A stretch of 64,000 nucleotides of DNA from Escherichia coli (lineage in GTDB: Bacteria; Pseudomonadota; Gammaproteobacteria; Enterobacterales; Enterobacteriaceae): the NCBI RefSeq assembly GCF_044324875.1, contig NZ_CP172185.1; one strand, 5' to 3'. The notes below the pieces were generated by a model that ran no database searches, was not told the origin of the DNA, and was given only the letters and a program-made list of their open reading frames with translations. Made by a program: the position numbers and the translations under genes. This document shows positions 12,567 to 25,728 of this stretch, piece after piece; the stretch's first letter is position 1, and each line of letters starts with the position of its first letter.

Positions 12567-12775
12567 ACTTTTCTCCCCCTTTTGTATCTACCCGGTGAAT
12601 GGCACCGGAAAAATGAATTCGTTTATCTGATGAAAATAGTACCGCCTTTTGTGTAATTTTACTACTCATCCGACCACTTATTTTTGCTTATTGATGGTTT
12701 ATTTACATTCACCGTGTAATTAAGTTACACAAAGGTTAAATTAATACTAAACATTAGTTAAATCATGGCTTTTGC

Positions 12776-12805
12776 CATTTTTATACTTTTTTTACACCCC
12801 GCCCG
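12776..12805 (+). promoter_or_regulatory. KdpE-binding region and promoter of kdpFABC
   Basis: Sequence catttttatactttttttacaccccgcccg upstream of kdpF matches the KdpE operator region as I remember it. Confidence 0.55.
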
Positions 12806-12878
12806 CAGATTTTTGCGAAATCTTTGCAGCCAGAATTCTACCCTTCCGGTATCACTTTTAGGCCACTGGAGGTGCACT

Positions 12879-12968
12879 GTGAGTGCAGGCGTGATAGCCG
12901 GCGTGTTGCTGGTGTTTTTATTACTGGGTTATCTGGTTTATGCCCTGATCAATGCGGAGGCGTTCTGA
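12879..12968 (+). CDS. kdpF: K+-transporting ATPase small subunit F (29 aa)
   Basis: GTG start; peptide [29 protein letters not shown]; stop overlaps the kdpA start (TGATG). Confidence 0.8.
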   Translation: MSAGVIAGVLLVFLLLGYLVYALINAEAF

Positions 12969-14641
12969 TGGCTGCGCAAGGGTTCTTACTGATCGCCACG
13001 TTTTTACTGGTGTTAATGGTGCTGGCACGTCCTTTAGGCAGCGGGCTGGCGCGGCTGATTAATGACATACCTCTTCCCGGTACAGCGGGCGTTGAACGTA
13101 TACTCTTTCGTTTACCTGGCGTCTCTGACCATGAGATGAACTGGAAGCAGTATCTCTGTGCCATTCTCGGCCTGAACATGCTGGGGCTGGCGGTGCTGTT
13201 TTTTATGTTGCTCGGTCAGCACTATCTGCCGCTTAATCCACAGCAGTTGCCGGGGCTGTCGTGGGATCTGGCGCTGAATACTGCCGTCAGCTTTGTCACC
13301 AATACCAACTGGCAATCTTACAGCGGTGAAACTACGTTGAGCTATTTCAGCCAGATGGCTGGCTTAACGGTGCAAAACTTTCTTTCTGCCGCCAGCGGGA
13401 TTGCGGTGATTTTTGCCCTCATCCGTGCGTTTACCCGCCAGAGCATGAGCACACTCGGGAATGCCTGGGTCGATCTGCTACGCATCACGTTATGGGTGCT
13501 AGTCCCTGTGGCGTTGTTGATCGCACTGTTTTTTATTCAACAAGGTGCGCTGCAAAACTTTCTGCCCTATCAGGCGGTGAATACCGTTGAAGGAGCGAAA
13601 CAGCTGTTACCAATGGGTCCGGTGGCTTCTCAGGAAGCGATCAAGATGCTCGGCACTAACGGCGGTGGCTTCTTTAATGCCAACTCGTCGCATCCGTTTG
13701 AAAACCCAACCGCACTGACCAACTTCGTGCAAATGCTGGCGATCTTCTTGATCCCAACAGCGCTGTGCTTTGCCTTTGGTGAAGTGGCGGGCGATCGTCG
13801 TCAGGGGCGCATGTTGCTGTGGGCGATGTCAGTGATTTTTGTCATCTGCGCAGGCGTGGTGATGTGGGCAGAAGTTCAGGGTAATCCTCATCTGCTGGCG
13901 CTGGGCGCGGACAGCAGCATCAATATGGAAGGTAAAGAGAGCCGTTTCGGCGTGCTGGTCAGTAGCCTGTTTGCGGTCGTGACTACGGCGGCTTCCTGCG
14001 GCGCGGTGATTGCGATGCATGATTCGTTTACCGCCCCCGGTGGCATGGTGCCGATGTGGCTGATGCAAATTGGTGAAGTGGTATTCGGCGGTGTCGGTTC
14101 TGGTCTTTACGGCATGATGCTGTTTGTCCTGCTGGCGGTGTTTATTGCCGGGCTGATGATTGGTCGTACACCGGAATATCTGGGTAAAAAAATCGACGTA
14201 CGCGAGATGAAACTGACCGCACTGGCGATTCTGGTCACCCCGACGCTGGTGCTGATGGGCGCGGCGCTGGCGATGATGACCGACGCCGGACGTAGCGCCA
14301 TGCTCAACCCGGGCCCGCATGGTTTTAGCGAAGTGCTGTACGCCGTGTCATCCGCCGCTAACAACAACGGCAGCGCCTTTGCCGGATTAAGCGCCAACTC
14401 CCCATTCTGGAACTGTTTGCTGGCGTTCTGCATGTTTGTTGGTCGCTTCGGGGTGATTATTCCGGTGATGGCAATTGCTGGTTCGCTGGTGAGTAAAAAG
14501 AGCCAACCCGCCAGCTCCGGCACACTGCCTACGCACGGCCCGCTGTTTGTTGGCCTGTTAATCGGCACCGTGTTGCTGGTTGGCGCACTGACCTTTATCC
14601 CTGCCCTGGCGCTTGGTCCGGTGGCGGAATATCTCTCCTGA
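12968..14641 (+). CDS. kdpA: K+-transporting ATPase subunit A
   Basis: 557 aa from [12 protein letters not shown]...; multi-pass membrane protein. Confidence 0.95.
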   Translation: MAAQGFLLIATFLLVLMVLARPLGSGLARLINDIPLPGTAGVERILFRLPGVSDHEMNWKQYLCAILGLNMLGLAVLFFMLLGQHYLPLNPQQLPGLSWDLALNTAVSFVTNTNWQSYSGETTLSYFSQMAGLTVQNFLSAASGIAVIFALIRAFTRQSMSTLGNAWVDLLRITLWVLVPVALLIALFFIQQGALQNFLPYQAVNTVEGAKQLLPMGPVASQEAIKMLGTNGGGFFNANSSHPFENPTALTNFVQMLAIFLIPTALCFAFGEVAGDRRQGRMLLWAMSVIFVICAGVVMWAEVQGNPHLLALGADSSINMEGKESRFGVLVSSLFAVVTTAASCGAVIAMHDSFTAPGGMVPMWLMQIGEVVFGGVGSGLYGMMLFVLLAVFIAGLMIGRTPEYLGKKIDVREMKLTALAILVTPTLVLMGAALAMMTDAGRSAMLNPGPHGFSEVLYAVSSAANNNGSAFAGLSANSPFWNCLLAFCMFVGRFGVIIPVMAIAGSLVSKKSQPASSGTLPTHGPLFVGLLIGTVLLVGALTFIPALALGPVAEYLS

Positions 14642-14663
14642 TGATATTGAGTGAGCACTGAAT

Positions 14664-16712
14664 ATGAGTCGTAAACAACTGGCGCTATTCGAACCAACAC
14701 TTGTCGTTCAGGCGCTGAAAGAAGCGGTGAAAAAATTAAACCCGCAGGCGCAATGGCGCAATCCGGTGATGTTTATCGTCTGGATCGGCAGTCTGCTGAC
14801 CACCTTTATTAGCATCGCAATGGCAAGCGGTGCGATGCCTGGCAATGTGCTGTTTAGCGCGGCAATCAGCGGCTGGCTGTGGGTCACCGTACTGTTCGCT
14901 AATTTCGCCGAGGCGCTGGCAGAAGGCCGCAGTAAAGCGCAGGCCAACAGTCTGAAAGGGGTGAAAAAAACTGCCTTTGCCCGCAAGCTGCGTGAGCCGA
15001 AATATGGCGCTGCGGCGGACAAAGTTCCCGCCGATCAACTGCGTAAAGGCGATATCGTACTGGTAGAAGCTGGCGATATTATCCCCTGCGATGGTGAAGT
15101 CATTGAAGGGGGTGCATCGGTCGATGAAAGCGCCATCACCGGGGAATCGGCACCGGTGATCCGTGAATCCGGCGGCGATTTTGCCTCCGTCACTGGCGGC
15201 ACGCGTATTCTTTCTGACTGGCTGGTGATTGAGTGCAGCGTTAACCCCGGCGAGACATTTCTGGATCGGATGATCGCGATGGTGGAAGGTGCGCAGCGAC
15301 GTAAAACGCCGAACGAGATTGCCCTGACCATCCTGCTGATTGCCCTGACTATCGTCTTTTTACTGGCAACCGCCACGCTGTGGCCGTTTTCCGCGTGGGG
15401 CGGTAATGCAGTCAGTGTAACGGTACTGGTGGCGCTGCTGGTCTGTCTGATCCCAACCACTATTGGCGGCCTGTTGTCAGCGATCGGCGTCGCCGGGATG
15501 AGTCGGATGCTGGGCGCGAATGTGATTGCCACCAGCGGACGTGCAGTTGAAGCGGCAGGTGACGTTGACGTTCTGCTACTGGATAAAACCGGCACCATCA
15601 CACTCGGTAACCGTCAGGCGTCGGAGTTTATCCCCGCGCAGGGCGTGGATGAAAAAATGCTGGCTGACGCCGCACAACTGGCTTCGCTGGCTGATGAAAC
15701 GCCGGAAGGCCGCAGTATTGTGATCCTCGCCAAGCAGCGTTTTAACCTGCGCGAGCGCGATGTGCAGTCGCTCCATGCCACCTTTGTACCGTTTACTGCG
15801 CAAAGCCGGATGAGCGGGATCAACATCGACAACCGCATGATCCGTAAAGGTTCTGTCGATGCCATTCGCCGCCATGTTGAGGCTAATGGTGGTCACTTCC
15901 CAGCCGATGTTGATCAAAAAGTCGATCAGGTTGCGCGTCAGGGAGCCACGCCGCTTGTAGTAGTAGAAGGCTCCCATGTGCTTGGCGTTATTGCGCTGAA
16001 AGATATCGTCAAAGGCGGTATTAAAGAGCGCTTCGCGCAGTTGCGTAAAATGGGCATTAAAACGGTGATGATTACCGGTGATAACCGTCTGACTGCCGCC
16101 GCGATAGCTGCGGAAGCGGGTGTCGATGATTTTCTCGCCGAAGCGACACCGGAGGCCAAGCTGGCATTGATTCGTCAGTATCAGGCGGAAGGCCGTTTGG
16201 TGGCGATGACCGGCGATGGCACCAACGATGCTCCGGCGCTGGCGCAGGCAGATGTCGCGGTGGCGATGAACTCTGGTACTCAGGCGGCGAAAGAAGCGGG
16301 CAATATGGTGGATCTCGACTCTAACCCGACCAAGTTGATCGAGGTGGTGCATATTGGCAAACAGATGCTGATGACCCGTGGCTCGCTGACCACCTTCAGC
16401 ATTGCCAACGATGTGGCGAAATACTTCGCCATTATTCCGGCGGCGTTCGCGGCAACGTATCCGCAGTTAAATGCGCTGAACATCATGCGCCTGCATTCGC
16501 CCGACTCCGCCATTCTCAGTGCGGTCATTTTCAACGCCTTGATTATCGTCTTTTTGATTCCCCTGGCGTTAAAAGGCGTGAGTTATAAACCGTTTACCGC
16601 TTCTGCCATGTTGCGCCGTAACTTATGGATTTACGGTCTGGGTGGGCTGCTGGTGCCGTTTATTGGTATCAAAGTCATTGATTTACTGCTGACCGTTTGC
16701 GGTCTGGTGTGA
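14664..16712 (+). CDS. kdpB: K+-transporting P-type ATPase subunit B
   Basis: 682 aa; P-type ATPase motifs DKTGT and GDGTND present. Confidence 0.95.
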   Translation: MSRKQLALFEPTLVVQALKEAVKKLNPQAQWRNPVMFIVWIGSLLTTFISIAMASGAMPGNVLFSAAISGWLWVTVLFANFAEALAEGRSKAQANSLKGVKKTAFARKLREPKYGAAADKVPADQLRKGDIVLVEAGDIIPCDGEVIEGGASVDESAITGESAPVIRESGGDFASVTGGTRILSDWLVIECSVNPGETFLDRMIAMVEGAQRRKTPNEIALTILLIALTIVFLLATATLWPFSAWGGNAVSVTVLVALLVCLIPTTIGGLLSAIGVAGMSRMLGANVIATSGRAVEAAGDVDVLLLDKTGTITLGNRQASEFIPAQGVDEKMLADAAQLASLADETPEGRSIVILAKQRFNLRERDVQSLHATFVPFTAQSRMSGINIDNRMIRKGSVDAIRRHVEANGGHFPADVDQKVDQVARQGATPLVVVEGSHVLGVIALKDIVKGGIKERFAQLRKMGIKTVMITGDNRLTAAAIAAEAGVDDFLAEATPEAKLALIRQYQAEGRLVAMTGDGTNDAPALAQADVAVAMNSGTQAAKEAGNMVDLDSNPTKLIEVVHIGKQMLMTRGSLTTFSIANDVAKYFAIIPAAFAATYPQLNALNIMRLHSPDSAILSAVIFNALIIVFLIPLALKGVSYKPFTASAMLRRNLWIYGLGGLLVPFIGIKVIDLLLTVCGLV

Positions 16713-16720
16713 GGTTTACC

Positions 16721-17293
16721 ATGAGTGGATTACGTCCGGCATTATCAACATTTATCTTTCTGTTATTGATTACTGGCGGCGTTTACCCGCTGCTGACCAC
16801 CGCGCTGGGGCAATGGTGGTTTCCCTGGCAGGCCAACGGTTCGTTGATTCGTGAAGGTGATACGGTGCGCGGTTCAGCATTAATCGGGCAGAATTTTACC
16901 GGCAACGGCTATTTTCATGGTCGCCCGTCGGCAACGGCAGAAATACCCTATAATCCACAGGCTTCTGGCGGGAGCAATCTGGCGGTCAGTAACCCTGAGC
17001 TGGATAAACTAATAGCCGCACGCGTTGCTGCATTACGGGCCGCTAACCCGGATGTCAGCGCGAACGTTCCGGTTGAACTGGTGACGGCATCGGCAAGCGG
17101 ACTGGACAATAACATCACCCCGCAAGCGGCAGCCTGGCAGATCCCACGCGTGGCGAAAGCGCGTAATCTCAGCGTTGAACAGCTCACGCAACTGATCGCA
17201 AAATACAGCCAACAACCGCTGGTGAAATATATCGGCCAGCCGGTCGTCAACATTGTCGAACTCAATCTGGCGCTGGATAAACTTGATGAATAA
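16721..17293 (+). CDS. kdpC: K+-transporting ATPase subunit C
   Basis: ORF 16697..17293; start [11 protein letters not shown] gives 190 aa. Confidence 0.9.
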   Translation: MSGLRPALSTFIFLLLITGGVYPLLTTALGQWWFPWQANGSLIREGDTVRGSALIGQNFTGNGYFHGRPSATAEIPYNPQASGGSNLAVSNPELDKLIAARVAALRAANPDVSANVPVELVTASASGLDNNITPQAAAWQIPRVAKARNLSVEQLTQLIAKYSQQPLVKYIGQPVVNIVELNLALDKLDE

Positions 17294-19970
17294 CGAACCC
17301 TTACGTCCCGACCCCGATCGTCTGCTGGAACAAACTGCCGCGCCGCATCGGGGGAAGCTGAAAGTTTTCTTCGGTGCCTGTGCGGGCGTCGGAAAGACCT
17401 GGGCGATGCTGGCAGAAGCCCAGCGACTGCGGGCGCAAGGGCTGGATATTGTGGTTGGCGTGGTTGAAACCCACGGGCGGAAAGATACCGCCGCAATGCT
17501 GGAAGGGCTGGCTGTTCTGCCGCCCAAACGCCAGGCGTACCGTGGGCGGCATATCAGCGAGTTTGATCTCGATGCCGCCCTCGCCCGCCGTCCGGCGCTG
17601 ATCTTAATGGACGAACTGGCGCACAGTAATGCGCCAGGTTCTCGTCATCCTAAACGCTGGCAGGACATCGAAGAGCTGCTGGAAGCTGGCATTGATGTTT
17701 TCACAACCGTCAACGTTCAGCATCTGGAAAGTCTGAATGATGTGGTCAGCGGCGTCACCGGAATTCAGGTACGGGAAACCGTGCCCGATCCTTTTTTCGA
17801 TGCCGCCGACGACGTGGTGCTGGTGGACTTGCCCCCGGACGATCTGCGTCAACGGCTGAAAGAAGGTAAAGTCTATATTGCCGGGCAGGCGGAACGCGCC
17901 ATTGAACATTTTTTTCGTAAAGGTAATCTGATCGCCCTGCGCGAACTGGCACTGCGCCGTACTGCCGATCGCGTTGATGAGCAAATGCGCGCCTGGCGGG
18001 GGCATCCTGGCGAAGAGAAAGTCTGGCACACGCGCGACGCGATCCTTTTATGCATCGGGCATAACACCGGCAGCGAAAAACTGGTCCGCGCGGCGGCGCG
18101 GCTGGCGTCACGGCTGGGTAGCGTCTGGCACGCTGTGTATGTTGAAACCCCTACCCTGCACCGCTTACCGGAGAAAAAACGTCGGGCAATTCTCAGCGCC
18201 TTACGTCTGGCACAGGAGCTGGGCGCAGAGACGGCAACACTTTCTGATCCAGCGGAAGAGAAAGCGGTAGTGCGTTATGCCCGTGAACATAATCTCGGCA
18301 AGATTATTCTCGGTCGCCCGGCCTCGCGCCGCTGGTGGCGTCGGGAAACGTTTGCTGACCGACTGGCGCGAATCGCCCCCGATCTCGATCAGGTGCTGGT
18401 CGCGCTTGATGAACCACCCGCCCGCACGATAAACAACGCGCCGGATAGCCGCTCTTTTAAAGACAAGTGGCGGGTACAGATTCAGGGATGCGTGGTTGCC
18501 GCCGCGTTATGCGCCGTTATCACCTTAATTGCCATGCAGTGGCTGATGGCGTTTGATGCCGCCAACCTGGTGATGCTGTATCTGCTTGGCGTGGTGGTGG
18601 TGGCACTATTTTATGGACGCTGGCCTTCGGTGGTTGCCACCGTTATTAATGTGGTGAGTTTCGATCTCTTTTTTATCGCCCCACGCGGCACGCTCGCCGT
18701 CTCTGATGTGCAATATCTGTTGACCTTCACGGTGATGTTAACCGTCGGGCTGGTGATCGGGAACCTTACTGCTGGCGTGCGTTATCAGGCGCGGGTAGCC
18801 CGTTACCGCGAACAACGTACACGGCACTTATATGAAATGTCGAAAGCTCTGGCGGTGGGCCGCAGTCTGCAGGACATCGCCGCCACCAGCGAACAATTTA
18901 TTGCCTCCACGTTTCATGCCCGCAGTCAGGTGCTGTTACCCGATGACAACGGTAAATTGCAGCCGTTAACACATCCGCAAGGAATGACGCCGTGGGACGA
19001 TGCCATCGCGCAGTGGAGTTTTGATAAAGGCCTGCCTGCGGGCGCGGGCACCGACACGTTACCCGGTGTACCGTACCAGATTTTGCCGCTAAAAAGCGGC
19101 GAGAAAACCTACGGGCTGGTGGTGGTGGAACCGGGGAATCTGCGCCAGTTGATGATCCCGGAACAGCAACGCCTGCTGGAGACGTTTACGCTGTTAGTCG
19201 CCAATGCCCTTGAGCGGCTGACACTGACCGCCAGCGAAGAACAGGCGCGGATGGCAAGCGAACGAGAACAGATCCGCAACGCCCTGCTGGCGGCGCTTTC
19301 GCATGATTTACGCACTCCGCTTACGGTGCTGTTCGGTCAGGCAGAAATCTTAACGCTCGATCTGGCAAGCGAAGGATCGCCTCACGCCCGCCAGGCCAGC
19401 GAGATTCGCCAGCATGTGCTGAACACGACCCGACTGGTGAATAATCTACTGGATATGGCGCGAATTCAGTCCGGCGGCTTTAATTTGAAGAAAGAGTGGT
19501 TAACGCTGGAAGAAGTGGTCGGCAGCGCGCTGCAAATGCTGGAACCGGGTTTATCGTCGCCCATCAATCTTTCTCTGCCAGAACCGCTGACCTTAATCCA
19601 CGTTGACGGGCCGCTCTTTGAACGGGTGCTGATTAATCTGCTGGAGAACGCGGTGAAATACGCGGGGGCGCAGGCCGAAATTGGTATCGATGCCCACGTT
19701 GAGGGCGAGAAGCTACAACTGGATGTCTGGGATAACGGCCCCGGTCTTCCGCCAGGCCAGGAGCAGACGATATTTGATAAGTTTGCTCGCGGGAATAAAG
19801 AGTCGGCGGTACCGGGTGTCGGGCTTGGGCTGGCAATTTGTCGGGCGATTGTGGATGTACACGGCGGCACCATTACCGCGTTCAACCGACCGGAAGGTGG
19901 TGCCTGTTTTCGTGTTACACTTCCCCAGCAAACTGCCCCTGAACTTGAAGAATTTCATGAGGATATGTGA
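17286..19970 (+). CDS. kdpD: Sensor histidine kinase KdpD
   Basis: ORF 17253..19970; start [10 protein letters not shown] gives about 894 aa; Usp-like domain, membrane segments and a HisKA/HATPase C-terminus (SHDLRTPL). Confidence 0.9.
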   Translation: MNNEPLRPDPDRLLEQTAAPHRGKLKVFFGACAGVGKTWAMLAEAQRLRAQGLDIVVGVVETHGRKDTAAMLEGLAVLPPKRQAYRGRHISEFDLDAALARRPALILMDELAHSNAPGSRHPKRWQDIEELLEAGIDVFTTVNVQHLESLNDVVSGVTGIQVRETVPDPFFDAADDVVLVDLPPDDLRQRLKEGKVYIAGQAERAIEHFFRKGNLIALRELALRRTADRVDEQMRAWRGHPGEEKVWHTRDAILLCIGHNTGSEKLVRAAARLASRLGSVWHAVYVETPTLHRLPEKKRRAILSALRLAQELGAETATLSDPAEEKAVVRYAREHNLGKIILGRPASRRWWRRETFADRLARIAPDLDQVLVALDEPPARTINNAPDSRSFKDKWRVQIQGCVVAAALCAVITLIAMQWLMAFDAANLVMLYLLGVVVVALFYGRWPSVVATVINVVSFDLFFIAPRGTLAVSDVQYLLTFTVMLTVGLVIGNLTAGVRYQARVARYREQRTRHLYEMSKALAVGRSLQDIAATSEQFIASTFHARSQVLLPDDNGKLQPLTHPQGMTPWDDAIAQWSFDKGLPAGAGTDTLPGVPYQILPLKSGEKTYGLVVVEPGNLRQLMIPEQQRLLETFTLLVANALERLTLTASEEQARMASEREQIRNALLAALSHDLRTPLTVLFGQAEILTLDLASEGSPHARQASEIRQHVLNTTRLVNNLLDMARIQSGGFNLKKEWLTLEEVVGSALQMLEPGLSSPINLSLPEPLTLIHVDGPLFERVLINLLENAVKYAGAQAEIGIDAHVEGEKLQLDVWDNGPGLPPGQEQTIFDKFARGNKESAVPGVGLGLAICRAIVDVHGGTITAFNRPEGGACFRVTLPQQTAPELEEFHEDM

Positions 19971-20644
19971 CAAACGTTCTGATTGTTGAAGATGAACAGG
20001 CTATTCGTCGCTTTCTGCGCACGGCGCTGGAGGGCGACGGTATGCGCGTCTTTGAGGCCGAAACGCTGCAACGCGGCTTGCTGGAAGCGGCAACCCGTAA
20101 GCCAGATTTGATTATTCTCGATCTCGGCCTGCCCGATGGTGATGGGATTGAGTTTATCCGCGACCTGCGCCAGTGGAGCGCGGTGCCGGTGATTGTGCTT
20201 TCCGCACGTAGCGAAGAGAGCGATAAAATCGCCGCGCTGGATGCCGGAGCGGATGATTACCTGAGTAAGCCATTTGGTATTGGCGAATTGCAGGCCCGTC
20301 TGCGCGTCGCTTTACGCCGCCACTCCGCCACCACCGCGCCCGATCCGCTGGTGAAATTTTCCGATGTTACCGTCGATTTAGCGGCTCGTGTGATCCATCG
20401 CGGTGACGAAGAGGTGCATCTCACCCCGATTGAGTTCCGCCTGCTGGCGGTGCTACTTAACAATGCCGGAAAAGTACTCACCCAGCGCCAGTTACTCAAT
20501 CAGGTGTGGGGACCAAACGCGGTCGAACACAGCCACTATTTGCGTATTTATATGGGGCATCTGCGACAAAAACTGGAACAGGATCCCGCCCGCCCACGCC
20601 ATTTCATTACTGAAACCGGTATTGGGTATCGGTTTATGCTTTAG
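19967..20644 (+). CDS. kdpE: Response regulator KdpE (OmpR family)
   Basis: 225 aa; receiver domain plus winged-helix; start overlaps the kdpD stop. Confidence 0.95.
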   Translation: MTNVLIVEDEQAIRRFLRTALEGDGMRVFEAETLQRGLLEAATRKPDLIILDLGLPDGDGIEFIRDLRQWSAVPVIVLSARSEESDKIAALDAGADDYLSKPFGIGELQARLRVALRRHSATTAPDPLVKFSDVTVDLAARVIHRGDEEVHLTPIEFRLLAVLLNNAGKVLTQRQLLNQVWGPNAVEHSHYLRIYMGHLRQKLEQDPARPRHFITETGIGYRFML

Positions 20645-20654
20645 GGTCTGAATT

Positions 20655-20736
<82 letters not shown>

Positions 20737-20755
20737 GGCACTCATCGCGATATGT

Positions 20756-21250
20756 TTAATGCGTATTTATCTGTTTCAACTCTTGCTGGCATTTTTCTGA
20801 CTGGCAGCGTCGCAACTCGATAATCCCGACATGCATCATCGAGCCAAAAAATCCGCTTTCGCTGACATAATCCTCATTAACAATCGGTCGAGTGCCAGGC
20901 TTGCCCTGGCAAACCCGCATAAAAAATGAGGTGTAGCACTGCCAGCCACGATTTAAACTGCTCTTTTCTTGTGGTGACATATCGTGAAGATAAGTAAGTT
21001 CTTTTTCGTTCCCGCCTGACAACTGCCAGCGGCGGGTATTATCAGGTAAGTTATCGCCACGGCAATTTGTCTTACACCGGGAAGGCGCAATATTTACCGC
21101 AATGCTACCCGTTAATCCTCTGGTTTTATCTTTAGGGGTCAGTAACCAGTCACCAGCTAATGATGATTGTTCAGGTTGGGCGCATGCTGTCAGCAGTAGT
21201 GTGGCGGTAATTAATGCCACTCTGACGACCAGACTCCTTTTGGTCTTCAT
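20756..21250 (-). CDS. ybfP: Predicted lipoprotein
   Basis: ORF 20756..21301; start MKTKRSLVV gives 164 aa; lipobox LTAC. Confidence 0.7.
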   Translation of the reverse strand: MKTKRSLVVRVALITATLLLTACAQPEQSSLAGDWLLTPKDKTRGLTGSIAVNIAPSRCKTNCRGDNLPDNTRRWQLSGGNEKELTYLHDMSPQEKSSLNRGWQCYTSFFMRVCQGKPGTRPIVNEDYVSESGFFGSMMHVGIIELRRCQSEKCQQELKQINTH

Positions 21251-21301
21251 TTTGAATTCCCTTGAGCTATTCAGTTTGTTGGCAAAGTGCTCGTTGTTCA
21301 T

Positions 21302-21400
21302 GCCGGATGCAGCGTGAACGCCTTATCCGGCCTACAAAATAGCGCAAATTCAATATATTGCACCATCTTCCCAGGCCTGATAAGCGTAGCGCATCAGGCA
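21302..21400. repeat. REP/BIME element
   Basis: gccggatgcagcgtgaacgccttatccggcctac ... aggcctgataagcgtagcgcatcaggca. Confidence 0.8.
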
Positions 21401-21410
21401 GTCATAAGTA

Positions 21411-21441
21411 AAAAAGGGCGATCTTCCGACCGCCCTTTTTC
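21411..21441 (-). terminator. Hairpin terminator downstream of pgm
   Basis: agggcg...cgccct stem flanked by A-run and T-run, just 3-prime of the pgm stop. Confidence 0.55.
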
Positions 21442-21454
21442 TTATTTAATGTGT

Positions 21455-23095
21455 TTACGCGTTTTTCAGAACTTCGCTAACAATCTCAACCGCTTCTTTC
21501 TCGATCTGCTTGCGATGCTCTTCACCGAGGAAGCTTTCGCAATAAATCTTGTACGCGTCTTCCGTGCCTGACGGACGCGCGGCGAACCAGCCGTTGTCAG
21601 TCATCACTTTCAGACCGCCGATAGAAGCACCGTTGCCCGGTGCCGCCGTCAGGCGCGCGGTGATCGGGTCGCCTGCCAGGGTGCTGGCGCTCACCATTTC
21701 CGGAGACAGCTTAGACAACGCCGCTTTTTGTGCGGAAGTCGCAGCTGCCTGCAAACGGTTGTAGCTCGGCGCACCAAAGCGTTTTGCCAGTTCGTTGTAG
21801 TGTTCCTGCGGGTTCTTACCGGTGACAGCGGTGATTTCCGCCGCCAGCAGACACATGATGATGCCGTCTTTGTCGGTGGACCACGGCGTGCCGTCGAAAC
21901 GCAGGAAGGAAGCCCCTGCGCTCTCTTCGCCGCCAAAGCCGAAGCTGCCGTCGAACAGACCATCAACAAACCATTTGAAACCTACCGGGACTTCTACCAG
22001 CTTACGGCCCAAGTCATTGACCACACGGTCGATCATCGCAGATGAAACCAGCGTTTTACCGACAGCAACATCTTTGCCCCACTGCGGACGATGCTGGAAC
22101 AGGTAGTTGATCGCCACCGCCAGGTAGTGGTTCGGATTCATCAAACCTGCCGGAGTGACGATACCGTGACGGTCATAATCCGGGTCGTTAGCAAACGCCA
22201 GATCGAACTTATCACGCAGTGCCAGCAGGCCCGCCATCGCACACTCGGAGGAGCAGTCCATACGGATCGCACCGTCTTTATCGAGGTGCATAAAGCGGAA
22301 GGTTTGATCGACCTGATCGTTAACGATGGTCAGGTTGAGGTTGTAATACTCGCCAATGCGCTTCCAGTATTCGATACCGGAACCGCCCAACGGATCAACG
22401 CCCAGCGTCAGGCCCGCTTTCTGAATCGCCGCCATATCAACGATATCGGCCAGCCCTTCCACGAACGGCTGCACCAGATCCTGCTCTTTCACATGACCGG
22501 ATGCCATCGCTTCGTCGAGGGAGATACGCTTCACGCCTTTCAGGCCATCGGCCATCAGTGCGTTGGCCCTGTCTTCCACCACTTTGGTGACGTTGGTATC
22601 AGCCGGGCCACCATTTGGCGGATTGTACTTGATACCACCATCTTCCGGCGGGTTATGGGACGGTGTAATCACGATACCGTCTGCCAGCGGGCCACCTTTT
22701 TTATTGTGAACCAGGATGGCATTGGAAACGGCAGGCGTCGGAGTGAAGCCATTGTTTTCCTGCACAATAACATCTACGCCGTTCGCTGCCAGCACTTCCA
22801 GTACGGAAATGAACGCAGGCTCGGACAGAGCGTGAGTATCTTTACCCACATAGCAAGGGCCAGTGATGCCGTTTTTCGCACGTTCTTCAGCAATTGCCTG
22901 AGCGATCGCCAGAATGTGCGGCTCGTTAAAGCTGTGGCGCGCTGCACTGCCACGGTGACCGGAAGTACCGAATTTCACCGCGTGCTCCGCATTCCCTGCT
23001 TCTGGTTTCAGTACATAATATTGCGCCGTCAGTTGGGCGACGTTAATCAAATCACTCTGTTGTGCAGGTTGGCCTGCACGATTGTGGATTGCCAT
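21455..23095 (-). CDS. pgm: Phosphoglucomutase
   Basis: ORF 21455..23146; start [16 protein letters not shown] gives 546 aa; phosphohexomutase motif TPSHNP. Confidence 0.9.
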   Translation of the reverse strand: MAIHNRAGQPAQQSDLINVAQLTAQYYVLKPEAGNAEHAVKFGTSGHRGSAARHSFNEPHILAIAQAIAEERAKNGITGPCYVGKDTHALSEPAFISVLEVLAANGVDVIVQENNGFTPTPAVSNAILVHNKKGGPLADGIVITPSHNPPEDGGIKYNPPNGGPADTNVTKVVEDRANALMADGLKGVKRISLDEAMASGHVKEQDLVQPFVEGLADIVDMAAIQKAGLTLGVDPLGGSGIEYWKRIGEYYNLNLTIVNDQVDQTFRFMHLDKDGAIRMDCSSECAMAGLLALRDKFDLAFANDPDYDRHGIVTPAGLMNPNHYLAVAINYLFQHRPQWGKDVAVGKTLVSSAMIDRVVNDLGRKLVEVPVGFKWFVDGLFDGSFGFGGEESAGASFLRFDGTPWSTDKDGIIMCLLAAEITAVTGKNPQEHYNELAKRFGAPSYNRLQAAATSAQKAALSKLSPEMVSASTLAGDPITARLTAAPGNGASIGGLKVMTDNGWFAARPSGTEDAYKIYCESFLGEEHRKQIEKEAVEIVSEVLKNA

Positions 23096-23120
23096 TGCTT
23101 TGTCCTTTGTCTGCAACGTT

Positions 23121-23666
23121 TTAGATAGTTCCGCAAACCTTCTCAATCAATTCCGCCGGGAATTGCATCGACTGCATGATGTGTTCGATCATGCTGCATT
23201 TACGGCCGGTGTTGGTGTTGGTGATCACCCAATACGGCGTGCCTGGCACATGTTTCGGCTTGGTCTGATTACCATTTTTCAGCAGCGTTTGTTCATCTGC
23301 CGCAAAGTAAACGCGTGTACGACCGTGCAACGATTCCGTTGCTTCGGCAAACGCCTGGGCGTCAAGAGAATATAGTGTAGACAACAGCAGCATAAAGCGA
23401 TTGACCGCTCGCTTTTGCTCTGCGTATTCATCCGAAAGCAGAAGTTCACGCATTGCGCGAACCTTGTCTTTAATCGTTTTGACCGGCTTCGCTTCGACGA
23501 TAGCAGGTGACGCAACGCGAACCTCTTTCGTCACCGGAGCAGCAGGCTGTGATGCGGCGGAAAATTTCAACATACGCCGTAAAATGTCGGATGCGCTCTC
23601 GCCGATATGCTTAGTGTGGCTGGCAATATAGCTGTAGAGTTCATCATCAACTTCAATCGTTTTCAT
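23121..23666 (-). CDS. seqA: Negative modulator of replication initiation SeqA
   Basis: ORF 23121..23801; start [18 protein letters not shown] gives 181 aa; immediately upstream of pgm. Confidence 0.9.
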
Positions 23667-23850
23667 CTTAATCCAGTGCAGTGTCTTAGCTGAATACAAG
23701 TCGCCAGGAGTATATGAATAAATCCCGGCAGCGGATAGCGTCAAGCCTGGCTTGCAGAAAAACTCGGAATAAACCTTATTTGTTGCAGCCCTGTGGCACA
23801 ATGGTCAACATAATACCCTAACCCGACAACGCGAAAAAAAGAACTTTGCC

Positions 23851-24615
23851 ATGAAATTGAATATCCGCGCGCAAACTGCACAAAACCAGCACAATAATTC
23901 TCCCATCGTTCTTGTCCATGGTCTGTTTGGTAGCCTAGACAACCTTGGCGTACTGGCTCGCGATCTGGTAAACGATCACAATATCATCCAGGTTGATATG
24001 CGTAACCACGGTCTTTCACCGAGAGATCCGGTAATGAATTACCCGGCGATGGCCCAGGATCTTGTTGATACCCTGGATGCACTGCAGATCGACAAAGCAA
24101 CATTTATCGGTCACTCCATGGGCGGTAAAGCGGTAATGGCACTTACTGCACTGGCCCCCGATCGGATTGACAAGCTGGTGGCAATTGATATTGCTCCGGT
24201 CGATTATCACGTTCGCCGGCATGATGAGATTTTCGCGGCCATCAACGCAGTCAGTGAATCGGACGCACAAACTCGCCAGCAAGCAGCGGCAATAATGCGC
24301 CAGCATCTTAATGAAGAAGGGGTGATTCAGTTTCTGCTGAAATCTTTTGTTGACGGGGAGTGGCGCTTTAACGTGCCGGTATTGTGGGAACAGTATCCGC
24401 ATATTGTGGGTTGGGAGAAAATCCCGGCATGGGATCACCCTGCCCTTTTTATCCCAGGCGGCAATTCTCCGTATGTTAGCGAGCAGTATCGTGATGATTT
24501 ACTGGCGCAATTTCCACAGGCGCGGGCACATGTGATTGCAGGCGCGGGTCACTGGGTCCATGCTGAAAAACCGGATGCGGTATTACGCGCTATCCGTCGC
24601 TATCTCAATGATTAA
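23851..24615 (+). CDS. ybfF: Alpha/beta-hydrolase esterase
   Basis: 254 aa; GHSMGG nucleophile-elbow motif. Confidence 0.9.
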   Translation: MKLNIRAQTAQNQHNNSPIVLVHGLFGSLDNLGVLARDLVNDHNIIQVDMRNHGLSPRDPVMNYPAMAQDLVDTLDALQIDKATFIGHSMGGKAVMALTALAPDRIDKLVAIDIAPVDYHVRRHDEIFAAINAVSESDAQTRQQAAAIMRQHLNEEGVIQFLLKSFVDGEWRFNVPVLWEQYPHIVGWEKIPAWDHPALFIPGGNSPYVSEQYRDDLLAQFPQARAHVIAGAGHWVHAEKPDAVLRAIRRYLND

Positions 24616-24754
24616 CGCAACTGATTAAAAACCCAGCGTCCGCGTCGCTTTCCGCGCGCGGGCGTTGGCGTGACTCATCGCGCTGATGTATTATGGCGCG
24701 CTATCCATCCGGGCAGAGGCCTGGCTGATTGTTTCCCCCGAAGTCACCAAGATC

Positions 24755-25048
24755 ATGGCCAAAGAACAAACGGACCGTACGACATTAGATCTGTTCGCGC
24801 ACGAGCGTCGACCGGGACGACCGAAAACTAATCCGCTTTCGCGCGATGAACAGCTGCGTATTAATAAACGCAACCAGCTAAAACGCGACAAAGTACGTGG
24901 CCTTAAGCGTGTCGAACTGAAGCTGAACGCGGAAGCTGTCGAGGCGCTGAACGAGCTGGCGGAGTCGCGCAATATGAGCCGTAGCGAACTGATCGAAGAG
25001 ATGTTAATGCAGCAACTGGCGGCGCTGCGTAGTCAGGGCATCGTTTAA
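24755..25048 (+). CDS. ybfE: Small conserved protein YbfE
   Basis: ORF 24686..25048; start [11 protein letters not shown] gives 97 aa. Confidence 0.65.
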   Translation: MAKEQTDRTTLDLFAHERRPGRPKTNPLSRDEQLRINKRNQLKRDKVRGLKRVELKLNAEAVEALNELAESRNMSRSELIEEMLMQQLAALRSQGIV

Positions 25049-25187
25049 ATTTCCACTTTCATTTAGCACAGTGTGCAGTCCTGCTCGTTTGCTGATTCCG
25101 CAAGACTGCCTGTTCTGCTATGATTGCCTTTATCCGTGGGCAATTTTCCACCCCCATTTCAATAAGTTTCAAGAGGTTATTTCACTC

Positions 25188-25718
25188 ATGGCTATCACTG
25201 GCATCTTTTTCGGCAGCGACACCGGTAATACCGAAAATATCGCAAAAATGATTCAAAAACAGCTTGGTAAAGACGTTGCCGATGTCCATGACATTGCAAA
25301 AAGCAGCAAAGAAGATCTGGAAGCATATGACATTCTGCTGCTGGGCATCCCAACCTGGTATTACGGCGAAGCGCAGTGTGACTGGGATGACTTCTTCCCG
25401 ACTCTCGAAGAGATTGATTTCAATGGCAAACTGGTTGCGCTGTTTGGTTGTGGTGACCAGGAAGATTACGCTGAATACTTCTGTGACGCATTGGGCACCA
25501 TCCGCGACATCATTGAACCGCGCGGTGCAACCATCGTTGGTCACTGGCCAACCGCGGGCTACCACTTCGAAGCGTCAAAAGGTCTGGCTGATGATGACCA
25601 CTTTGTCGGTCTGGCTATCGACGAAGACCGTCAGCCGGAACTGACCGCTGAACGTGTAGAAAAATGGGTTAAACAGATTTCTGAAGAGTTGCATCTCGAC
25701 GAAATTCTCAATGCCTGA
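25188..25718 (+). CDS. fldA: Flavodoxin 1
   Basis: ORF 25071..25718; start [16 protein letters not shown] (FMN-binding motif) gives 176 aa. Confidence 0.9.
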
Positions 25719-25728
25719 TGTGATGCGG

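Noticed and set aside
12765-12968. 67-aa ORF upstream of kdpA
   Set aside because: This is an upstream in-frame extension of kdpF. The real gene is the 29-codon GTG-initiated frame at 12879..12968.
13829-14700. Minus-strand ORFs of 163 and 197 aa
   Set aside because: Antisense to kdpA and the start of kdpB; compositionally biased; not genes.
15035-16352. Two long minus-strand ORFs (188 and 258 aa)
   Set aside because: Both are antisense to kdpB and are shadow ORFs.
17604-18111. Minus-strand ORFs of 141 and 118 aa
   Set aside because: Antisense within kdpD; shadow ORFs.
22091-23128. 345-aa ORF on the plus strand
   Set aside because: It lies entirely antisense within pgm. It is a His/Arg-rich shadow ORF with no start context, the usual artefact in GC-rich coding DNA.
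24620-24755. LexA (SOS) box searched for upstream of ybfE
   Set aside because: I could not find a convincing CTG-N10-CAG match by eye, so no feature is reported.
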